NCBI RefSeq assembly: GCF_000011805.1
Contig: NC_006840.2
DNA length: 32,000 nt
Source of the DNA: Aliivibrio fischeri ES114
GTDB lineage: Bacteria; Pseudomonadota; Gammaproteobacteria; Enterobacterales; Vibrionaceae
Direction: 5' to 3' (one strand)
A program made the translations under genes and the position numbers. Positions 18,691 to 26,001 of the stretch are shown piece after piece; the stretch's first letter is position 1, and each line of letters starts with the position of its first letter. The notes beneath the pieces were generated by a model. It was not told the DNA's origin and made no database searches. It saw only the letters and a program-made list of their open reading frames with translations.

Positions 18691-20871
18691 TTAACCTAAA
18701 ATGTCATCATTTTGGTGGATTAATTGCTGCTTGGCTTCTTCTGTTTCTAATTCGTCGTTTTGAACATCAGTAAGTATTACACCCATAATTGGTGTTTGAA
18801 CTTGTTTAACTTTTTCAATGTTAGCAAGGATATGATTAGCACTTAGTTCACCTGCTTGCACAGTGTAAATGACACCGGATAGATGACGAGCGATTAGTTG
18901 AGCATCTTTGCTTTCTGTCATTGCTGGTAAATTAACGATAACTTGTTCAAATTGTTTGCTTAACTCTTTTAGTTGGCGACCTAACTCTTCTGAAGCTAAG
19001 GTGATTAATGGTGTTTCTGTTAATGTGCCACGAGGTAAAAATGTTAAGTTATTTTCAATTTTTATTAGACAATCGTTGATTGGGTGTTTTTGTTCTAATG
19101 CCTCTGCTACACCCATTACTGTGGATGTTGGGACTGTTTCGAAATCATCACTATTCTCTGCTTTTTTAGCATCAATCTCGTTTTCTTTCTGCATTAGGAT
19201 TGCTTCAGTTAACGAAATTTCCTTTCTATAATCTAAATCAATAAGTAAGGTTGAGCGGTCTTGTGAGAATGAATATGCAAGTAGATAGCTATTTAGTTCA
19301 TTGCTTTCAGTCGATTCAGTCGATGTTAAACCAATGATAGGCCAAGGCTTATCATCTAAAAGAATGGTTGTACGAATAGCATGAACAGTTTCTGCTGAAT
19401 AACTATTTTTAAAGAAGTTTTTAGTAAATAAAGCCAACTCATCAATATAATTTAGACTGATTAACTCCCCTATACCTTGTAAGCCTAAGCGAGTATTAAC
19501 TTGGGTTAAGTTATTGATTGATTTGTTTAATGCTGATTTTATGATGATAAATAGAAGACTAAAAATGATCGTCATAGCACAAACCATAATTAGCAATAGT
19601 GCTTTATTAGGTTTGCTTGGTTTGTGAGGTGGTGTAGCAGCATCAAGTAAACGAGCAACCGGTTCACGATATAAAACGGTTAGTTCTTGTTCTTTGCTGC
19701 GTAAAAATATTTTTTCATACAGTTCTTGAGTCTTATCAAGATCTGCTTTCATTGTATTATAAGTATCTTTTTTTGCTGCTAATGCAGTGAAGTCTTTTTT
19801 CTGCTCAGCAAGTAAAGCTCTGTATTTGTTCTCTCTCTCAATCGCAGCTTGGTATTCTTTGTATAACCCTGTTTTAAGTTCTTTTAAAAGAGCGGTTGTT
19901 TGGAGTTCAATCGCTTTTATTTGAGCGTTAGCTTCTAATATTTGACGGTTTTTAGGACCATACATTTTTTGAAGATCGAATAAGGTGCGTTTTGCTTGAA
20001 TTAACGCAATTCGAAGATCTTGTAATTGAGCGTGGTTAGAAATACTTGGTAAAGTAGCTACGTCTTCTAGGGGGTAACCGAGAGCTTCGCTTATTGTGTT
20101 GTAATTAGCTTTGGCTGTGATCCGTTTTTCTTTTGCGGTTGCAAGTCGATCGTTAACTAACGCTAGTTGTTCTGTTTCAAAGCCATCGACACCTTGATAG
20201 GTAAGTAACCCATTATCTGACAAGAATTTATCAATATCGGCTTTTTGTTGTTTAATTTTCTCTTTTAGTTCGCTCATACGAGTGTTATTCCACTGTTGAG
20301 CTTGTTGAGTTTTTTCTATTTTTCTTTGTTCTTGCTGCTCGATATAGCTTTCAACGACAGCATTAGCAACTAATGCTGACATATCGGAGTCTTTAGATTC
20401 ATAAGAAACATGAACTAATTGGCTAAAACGTACTGGAGAGATAGAGAGCTTTTTCTTTATTGCTTTTACTATTGAATAGAGGTGCTCTTCTTCGGATTGA
20501 GGGATATTTTCGTCTTTATCCTCGTCTTCGAAGATCGGGCTATTAATAAGATCTAATTTTTTAGCTGCTGCTTCAATAACGGTTTTTGATTGAAGTAACT
20601 CGGCTTGAGTTGGGTAGTATTCAGCTTGCGTTGCATCAAAATCTTCCACTTGGTCAATTGGAGTGGAGTTATCTGTTTTGGCTTTTAAAACGATAGTTGC
20701 CGTTGCTGTATATTGAGGTGTCATTCCGTTAATTAGCGGAAACGCAGCCAATGTTATAGCTAAAACAACGAGTAGCACGCGCAGACGATATTTTTTAAAC
20801 TCTTTTAAAAAGTTCGAAAAATCGATTGTACTTTCTAGCTTTTTGCCATTTTCAATAATTGATAGTGCCAT
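18691..20871 (-). CDS. Wzc-like polysaccharide co-polymerase (PCP-2a architecture) with a degenerate C-terminal BY-kinase-like domain
   Basis: 726 aa. TM1 (LLVVLAITLAAFPLI), a long coiled-coil periplasmic region, TM2 (LLLIMVCAMTIIFSLLFIII), then a 216-aa P-loop-like domain. That domain retains Walker A' (LLIDLDYRK) and PRG, but lacks GK[ST] and the Walker B Asp. Confidence 0.75.
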   Translation of the reverse strand: MALSIIENGKKLESTIDFSNFLKEFKKYRLRVLLVVLAITLAAFPLINGMTPQYTATATIVLKAKTDNSTPIDQVEDFDATQAEYYPTQAELLQSKTVIEAAAKKLDLINSPIFEDEDKDENIPQSEEEHLYSIVKAIKKKLSISPVRFSQLVHVSYESKDSDMSALVANAVVESYIEQQEQRKIEKTQQAQQWNNTRMSELKEKIKQQKADIDKFLSDNGLLTYQGVDGFETEQLALVNDRLATAKEKRITAKANYNTISEALGYPLEDVATLPSISNHAQLQDLRIALIQAKRTLFDLQKMYGPKNRQILEANAQIKAIELQTTALLKELKTGLYKEYQAAIERENKYRALLAEQKKDFTALAAKKDTYNTMKADLDKTQELYEKIFLRSKEQELTVLYREPVARLLDAATPPHKPSKPNKALLLIMVCAMTIIFSLLFIIIKSALNKSINNLTQVNTRLGLQGIGELISLNYIDELALFTKNFFKNSYSAETVHAIRTTILLDDKPWPIIGLTSTESTESNELNSYLLAYSFSQDRSTLLIDLDYRKEISLTEAILMQKENEIDAKKAENSDDFETVPTSTVMGVAEALEQKHPINDCLIKIENNLTFLPRGTLTETPLITLASEELGRQLKELSKQFEQVIVNLPAMTESKDAQLIARHLSGVIYTVQAGELSANHILANIEKVKQVQTPIMGVILTDVQNDELETEEAKQQLIHQNDDILG

Positions 20872-20874
20872 AAT

Positions 20875-21462
20875 TTAGAAAAAACTCTGTTCAATGATAA
20901 CTACATCGCCCGGACCTACAGGGTAGGTTGGAGCCACATCTTCGATTAACTCATTTGTTGCTGCTGAGCGTACGTTTATAGAATCTCGATCTGATCTATC
21001 TGTGAAGCCACCAGCCATAGCAATAGCTTGCTCAACAGTTAAACCAGGCTGAAACTCGTACCCATTTGGGTTTGCCACTTCACCACTGATAAAGAATTTA
21101 CGAAATGCTTCAATGCTGACGGTTACCATTGGTTGTAGAATATAGCCATCAGCTAATCTTGCTTCGATATCTTCTTCAATTTGCGTCGGGGTTCTACCAG
21201 ATAATTTAATTTCACCAAGGTAAGGGAAATTAACATAGCCTCCACGGTGTATTTTTAGGCGAGTGGTCATTTCTGGTTCTTTGAAAACTGAAATTTGAAT
21301 AGTGTCCCCAGCACCTAAAATATAACCAAGATCTTCTTTCTGTTGGGATTGTTCAGTTTTTGCTTTTTCTTGTGTATCAGAAGGCGTTTCTTGAGCTTCA
21401 GATGCCAATGCATTAGAAACAAAAGATAGAAATAGGCAAAAAGAAATAAATAAGGGTTTCAT
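20875..21462 (-). CDS. Short outer-membrane polysaccharide export (OPX, Wza-like) periplasmic protein
   Basis: 195 aa. Type I signal peptide (…SNALA/SE, no lipobox Cys). Poly_export motif YILGAGDTIQISVF, followed by an SLBB-like segment (GEVANPNGYEFQPGLTVEQAIAMAGG). Confidence 0.75.
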   Translation of the reverse strand: MKPLFISFCLFLSFVSNALASEAQETPSDTQEKAKTEQSQQKEDLGYILGAGDTIQISVFKEPEMTTRLKIHRGGYVNFPYLGEIKLSGRTPTQIEEDIEARLADGYILQPMVTVSIEAFRKFFISGEVANPNGYEFQPGLTVEQAIAMAGGFTDRSDRDSINVRSAATNELIEDVAPTYPVGPGDVVIIEQSFF

Positions 21463-22779
21463 CTAAATTTGCACCTTAGTTGTAAACATAATAAGTGATT
21501 TATCATAGCCTAACGTTTGAGTAACCGTTTCGACTGAATTAATGGTGAAATCATCGAATTCCTTATTGGATTCATTCACAAGTTGTTGGTAGCTCAGTTC
21601 AAATTGAATCGAAGGTCTAAATTTATAGGTAATTTTAGCTATAGCTTCTGTTTTTGTTTCAACTTTATCTGAGCTTTTATCTTTATCTGCACTGGTTTTA
21701 TAGTGGTAACCCAATGTGGTGGAAAGTCTACTCGACCACCAAAAATGTTCCCAGTTAGTTCCATATTCAGTATTTAGAACATAACCACCAATTTCTGTCG
21801 GGTCTTCTACTGATTGATCGGTGTAAAAATGAAAGCTAGAGTGTCTGACTGGGCTCCATTTGATGTCTATATCCCAGTTTAATCCCCCAAAACTTTCTGA
21901 GTCAGGGTTGTTGGGGAAATCTTTATAAAGCCAAGCAATATTGGCATCTATCGTTGTTTTTCCTGTTCTGATCGTTTTAATGCCAGCGATAAAAAACGTT
22001 TCATTAGTGTCTTTCAGGTTATTAATTTTGTAGTGCCTTAAGTTACTAACGATAGAATAACGAAACCGAGTTCGACTGGATGCTTGATCAAATAATTCAA
22101 TAGTGAATGTTGTTTGATCCCACTCTTGCTCTTCGATGTATTGGTTAAAGTTATAGATACTTCCAGATGTAAAATTGGAAGTTCTGTCATCATAAGTAAA
22201 GTCTTTGTACTGAACTGCAAAGCTTAACTTTCCAATACTATCTTGCTTATCAATACTATAGCGTAATTCTGTATGAAACATGTTTGTTTCTAAAACATCA
22301 GTAATACCATATTTTTGAAACTGTTCAGCAGATAAGCCATCAGTTAACCCTTCGCCTCGGTTTTCATGACCAATCGTATTTTCTATGGTGAAAAGTAAAT
22401 CGTTGTTCAATCCTTTTTTCCAAGCACCAATAAATGCAATGTGGTGGTCATAGTAATCATCGGATGTATTATTTTCTTGGTATTGTCTATAGTCGCCTGT
22501 GTATTGCAAGGTATAGACATCTGCATTATGAACCCCTTTTAATTGCACAAAGGGCTTAACATTAAAGAAATCAGATTGTACATGTGGTGTATGGTCTGAC
22601 TGATAATTTACGTTATCATCATAGCCATAATCTACAGCTACATTACTTTGGTATTCTACGCCTGCCGGGCCGATATGTGGCTTTGGTGTTAAATAAGCAT
22701 AACAAGAACTGCTTACTAATGAAGTAGTAAGCAGTATAAGTTTGTTGAAAGATATTGGCGTTTTAGTAGGCCGTATCAC
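21463..22779 (-). CDS. Predicted outer-membrane beta-barrel protein partnered with the OPX
   Basis: 438 aa with a GTG start and a signal peptide (LILLTTSLVSSSCYA). Composition is rich in alternating aromatic/polar residues (Y, W, F, T, N, D), typical of beta-strands. Its stop abuts the OPX start codon. The family assignment is inferred. Confidence 0.55.
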   Translation of the reverse strand: MIRPTKTPISFNKLILLTTSLVSSSCYAYLTPKPHIGPAGVEYQSNVAVDYGYDDNVNYQSDHTPHVQSDFFNVKPFVQLKGVHNADVYTLQYTGDYRQYQENNTSDDYYDHHIAFIGAWKKGLNNDLLFTIENTIGHENRGEGLTDGLSAEQFQKYGITDVLETNMFHTELRYSIDKQDSIGKLSFAVQYKDFTYDDRTSNFTSGSIYNFNQYIEEQEWDQTTFTIELFDQASSRTRFRYSIVSNLRHYKINNLKDTNETFFIAGIKTIRTGKTTIDANIAWLYKDFPNNPDSESFGGLNWDIDIKWSPVRHSSFHFYTDQSVEDPTEIGGYVLNTEYGTNWEHFWWSSRLSTTLGYHYKTSADKDKSSDKVETKTEAIAKITYKFRPSIQFELSYQQLVNESNKEFDDFTINSVETVTQTLGYDKSLIMFTTKVQI

Positions 22780-24175
22780 TCACAAATCCTTTGAAAACAG
22801 TTAAGAAAATAATCTTAAGATCCATTGATAAAGACCAGTTTTGTAAGTATTTAATATCATACTCTACACGCTTTTCCATCTTATCTAATGTATCGGTTTC
22901 TCCACGGTAGCCATTGATTTGTGCTAGCCCAGTAATACCGGGTTTAATTTTATGTCTTACCATGTAATTGTCGACTAACACGCGGTACTCCTCATTATGT
23001 GCAACAGCATGAGGTCGAGGGCCAACAATAGACATACTTCCTTGTAATACATTAATAAACTGTGGGAGTTCATCTAATGATGTTCTGCGGATAAAACTTC
23101 CAAAGCGAGTAACCCTAGGATCATTTTTAGTTGCTTGAGTAACTACTTCAGAATTTTCCATTACTTTCATTGAACGGAACTTCCATACTTTAATTTTTTT
23201 ACCACCTAGGCCATACCTGTCCTGTTTAAATAGAATAGGACCTGGAGAGCTTAATTTCACGCCTAAAGCGACAATACATAGAACCGGTAGGATTAGTAAT
23301 GTGATTAATGAACCTATAACGATATCTTCAATACGCTTAATGACAGCTCCCAACCCTTCGAATGGTGAACTGAAAATACTAAACGTATGTACATTTCCAA
23401 TGCGTTTTATTTGCGAAACACTTAATTTATACGTGTAGAGATCTGGAACAATGTAAGCATTAACCGTTGAGTTTGATAATTGATGAATGATGTCTTTGAT
23501 ACGATCTTTAGCCACCATAGGCAGTGCAATATACACACTTTGAATTTCATCATTTTTTACTTTTTCAATCAGCTCTGACACTTTTCCTGCATAACCACTT
23601 TTATTTACATAACTAAAGCGACTGCTTGAACGGTCATCATAAAATTCAATACTAATTTTTTGATTCTTATATTTTGAAATCAACGCTTGTTCAATTGAAA
23701 GTCCTGCTGGGGTTAAACCAATGATCGCGATCTTATTTATCTTTAATCTTGGTATGACAATGTAGGTGTAGCTTAAGGTGCAAAGCGTTCGAGAAAGAGA
23801 GAGACCCCCCCAAACACAAACATACCAAAGAAGATAGATATGAGAGTTTAGATTACTGATCTGCATGCCCTCTAAACTTGCAAGGCGAAGTTTTAATATA
23901 AAAAATACTGATACCGTAAGGAGTAAAGAGAAAGTTAGTCTTAAAAGATATTTCTTTAACTCCACTTTTGTATTGATGGTGTACAGACCTGAATATTCAC
24001 TAATAAGTAGAAAAATAGTAGAAAATAAGAGACCGGCAGATAGATCGACAGCGGTTTCTTCAAGCCCATGAAAGGATAGGATAGAGGTCAGTAATAAGTT
24101 AATTGCTATAAAGTCAAATGCCTTTGTTAGGGTACGATAACTATCACTTATCATTTTTATATTTTGTTGTTTCAT
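22763..24175 (-). CDS. Polyisoprenyl-phosphate hexose-1-phosphate transferase (WbaP/WcaJ/VpsL-type priming enzyme)
   Basis: N-terminal TM helices plus the C-terminal bacterial sugar transferase domain ([38 protein letters not shown]). The ATG at 24175 has AGGAG 4 nt upstream. The ORF-track ATG at 24190 is preceded only by a pyrimidine run, so the start is ambiguous. Confidence 0.85.
   Translation of the reverse strand: MKQQNIKMISDSYRTLTKAFDFIAINLLLTSILSFHGLEETAVDLSAGLLFSTIFLLISEYSGLYTINTKVELKKYLLRLTFSLLLTVSVFFILKLRLASLEGMQISNLNSHIYLLWYVCVWGGLSLSRTLCTLSYTYIVIPRLKINKIAIIGLTPAGLSIEQALISKYKNQKISIEFYDDRSSSRFSYVNKSGYAGKVSELIEKVKNDEIQSVYIALPMVAKDRIKDIIHQLSNSTVNAYIVPDLYTYKLSVSQIKRIGNVHTFSIFSSPFEGLGAVIKRIEDIVIGSLITLLILPVLCIVALGVKLSSPGPILFKQDRYGLGGKKIKVWKFRSMKVMENSEVVTQATKNDPRVTRFGSFIRRTSLDELPQFINVLQGSMSIVGPRPHAVAHNEEYRVLVDNYMVRHKIKPGITGLAQINGYRGETDTLDKMEKRVEYDIKYLQNWSLSMDLKIIFLTVFKGFVSDTAY
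23805..23811 (-). repeat. G7 homopolymeric tract inside the priming transferase CDS
   Basis: The plus strand reads gaga+ccccccc+aaac. On the coding strand this is TGG GGG GGT (W-G-G, about residue 127 of the ORF). Confidence 0.95.
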
Positions 24176-24207
24176 ATCGCTCCTGGGCATTAGGGGGAGT
24201 AATCACC

Positions 24208-24234
24208 ATTATAAATGATGAATAAACTTGTAAA
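24208..24234 (-). promoter_or_regulatory. Candidate sigma70 promoter of the polysaccharide operon
   Basis: On the minus strand there is a perfect TATAAT (24213-24208) 33 nt upstream of ATG 24175. TTTACA (24234-24229) is the best -35 match, but the spacer is only 15 nt. Confidence 0.3.
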
Positions 24235-24430
24235 GTTAGCGTTTAGTCAAAAAAATGACATCATATATTTTGATAGTTGGGAGCGCAATCTCATCTTTTG
24301 CGAACTTGATGAATTTTCTAATAAATTGAACGTTAAATTGTGAGAAATTACTCTCTAATTTTTATTACTATAGTATGCTTTCTCCGTTTAGGGGTATCAG
24401 ATTTCACAATGAACGTGTTAGACTGATGAC

Positions 24431-24450
24431 TACTGTATATATAACCGGGT
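24431..24450. promoter_or_regulatory. LexA-like (SOS) box upstream of ssb
   Basis: TACTGTATATATAACCGGGT has a perfect left half (TACTGTATAT). The right half is CGG where the consensus has CAG. It lies 38-57 nt upstream of the ssb ATG and resembles the E. coli uvrA/ssb box TACTGTATATTCATTCAGGT. Confidence 0.55.
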
Positions 24451-24487
24451 GAAAACCGTTTTCCCCCTTAATAATCTGGAGCAAACT

Positions 24488-25021
24488 ATGGCCAGCCGTG
24501 GTGTAAATAAAGTTATCCTTGTTGGTAACTTAGGGCAAGATCCTGAAATCCGTTACATGCCAAGTGGCGGTGCGGTAGCGAATATTACAATTGCAACGTC
24601 TGAAACTTGGCGTGATAAGGCAACTGGTGAGCAACGTGAAAAAACAGAATGGCACCGTGTTGCTCTGTTTGGCAAATTAGCAGAAGTTGCTGGTGAGTAC
24701 TTACGTAAAGGCTCTCAAGTTTACGTTGAGGGTCAATTACAAACTCGTAAATGGCAAGACCAGAATGGTCAAGACCGTTTTACAACAGAAGTAGTTGTTC
24801 AGGGCTTTAACGGCGTAATGCAAATGCTTGGTGGTCGCGGACAAGGTGCTCCAGCTGGTGGTCAGCAACAGCAAGGTAATTGGGGCCAGCCTCAACAACC
24901 TGCACAGCAGAATAATTTTGCTCCTCAACAACAGCAAGCTCCTCAACAACAAGCTCCACAAGCTGCTCAACCTCAATACAATGAGCCGCCAATGGATTTT
25001 GATGATGACATCCCGTTCTAA
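24488..25021 (+). CDS. ssb: Single-stranded DNA-binding protein
   Basis: [41 protein letters not shown] fold, a Q/P/G-rich linker, and the acidic tip [12 protein letters not shown] lies 8 nt upstream of ATG 24488, so the ORF-track start at 24449 (GTG) is probably an extension. Confidence 0.96.
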   Translation: MASRGVNKVILVGNLGQDPEIRYMPSGGAVANITIATSETWRDKATGEQREKTEWHRVALFGKLAEVAGEYLRKGSQVYVEGQLQTRKWQDQNGQDRFTTEVVVQGFNGVMQMLGGRGQGAPAGGQQQQGNWGQPQQPAQQNNFAPQQQQAPQQQAPQAAQPQYNEPPMDFDDDIPF

Positions 25022-25051
25022 TAATTGGACGTGTGTTAACTGATTTAAAAT

Positions 25052-25083
25052 AAAAAAGCCTCGATAATATCGAGGCTTTTTTC
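25052..25083. terminator. Bidirectional terminator for ssb and the convergent membrane-protein gene
   Basis: aaaaa-agcctcgata-a-tatcgaggct-tttttt: a near-perfect palindrome (25057-25077) flanked by an A-run and a T-run. Confidence 0.85.
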
Positions 25084-25105
25084 TATCTGTTAGTTATCTA
25101 GTGTT

Positions 25106-25795
25106 CTAATCTTTAATTTGAACAGAAAGAGTTGGAAACTGCTCAGATATATAGGTTGTTGCTGTGTAGATTAATGTTGCAATGCCTAGCATCTCAAGTG
25201 TTTCTTCGATAGTGTAGCTGATGGCATATATCAATGCATCGGTACCGTGTTGTTCTGCAATTTTACCGCCGATAAGCTCCATAACTAGAGCTCCAGAAAC
25301 ATAAATAATACCAGCAAGAATTAATCGGTTTCGAGTATTGGTAGGAAGTCTAAATAAAAATTTGAAATAGGTTAAACCAAAAACCAAAAGTAGTGCTGCA
25401 TAAGGGATTACCCATGCAAAATAAAGAATACCTGTTGTATTTAGAGAATTACGAACTGGTCCTACTAACATCTCATGCAACTCAGTCATTTCATCTAAAG
25501 CTAAAAATAGAAAGATAGCACTTAATCCTGCCCAAGCTAGGTATTGTTCATTTTTATTGAAGTGCACGTAGGCTATTAGTGCTAATAACACACTCGCGAA
25601 AATCATAGCGCAAGATGAATACAGGGTTGGAACGTTCATTTCTTTATCGACGTTAAAGAGACGAATAATAGTTTCCATATGAGAGTATGATAAAAAATGC
25701 TCAGAAATAATGGCAAAGCCATTTGCGATAACAAGGAATACGATAATTGAAATAAAAAACATCAATAGCTTTTTCGAGTTAAGTTCAATATTCAC
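25106..25795 (-). CDS. Polytopic inner-membrane protein of unknown function
   Basis: 229 aa with a GTG start and AAGG 8 nt upstream. About 6 hydrophobic helices. Acidic motifs at the helix ends (FNVDKEMNVPT, ALDEMTELHEM, TIEETLEMLG). I did not recognise a family. Confidence 0.6.
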   Translation of the reverse strand: MNIELNSKKLLMFFISIIVFLVIANGFAIISEHFLSYSHMETIIRLFNVDKEMNVPTLYSSCAMIFASVLLALIAYVHFNKNEQYLAWAGLSAIFLFLALDEMTELHEMLVGPVRNSLNTTGILYFAWVIPYAALLLVFGLTYFKFLFRLPTNTRNRLILAGIIYVSGALVMELIGGKIAEQHGTDALIYAISYTIEETLEMLGIATLIYTATTYISEQFPTLSVQIKD

Positions 25796-25953
25796 GTTAA
25801 TACCTTAAATGTATAGGTTGATTAATTGAGTAGAATTACTCTGGTTTATGTAAAGTTTAGTGTTAGCAACGGTGCGTATTGTATAGAGTTATTAGTAAAA
25901 TATTTGTATTATATCTAATACGTATTTAGAGAATGTTCTAAATTTATCAATGA

Positions 25954-25975
25954 ATTTGTGTATATATTCACAATC
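25954..25975. promoter_or_regulatory. CRP-like palindrome upstream of csrD
   Basis: aatt-TGTGT-ATATAT-TCACA-atct matches 9 of 10 core positions of TGTGA-N6-TCACA. It is centred about 37 nt upstream of the csrD ATG. Confidence 0.35.
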
Positions 25976-26001
25976 TATTTTCTTCAAGGAAGAAGAGCTT
26001 A

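Noticed and set aside
12228-24394. The 8-mer TTTAGGGG occurs near both ends of the polysaccharide operon (12228-12235 and 24387-24394). I considered it as possible att-like direct repeats of an island.
   Set aside because: It is too short to be significant in 12 kb. No integrase, transposase or tRNA lies at either border. The operon boundaries coincide with ordinary promoter/UTR regions.
24737-25043. Three overlapping ORFs (61-79 aa) over the 3' end of ssb, and an apparent tandem repeat in the DNA (gctcctcaacaacagcaa / gctcctcaacaacaa ...).
   Set aside because: They are a consequence of the Q/P/A-rich intrinsically disordered linker that all SSB proteins carry, which is open in several frames. 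It is not an independent gene or a structured repeat element.
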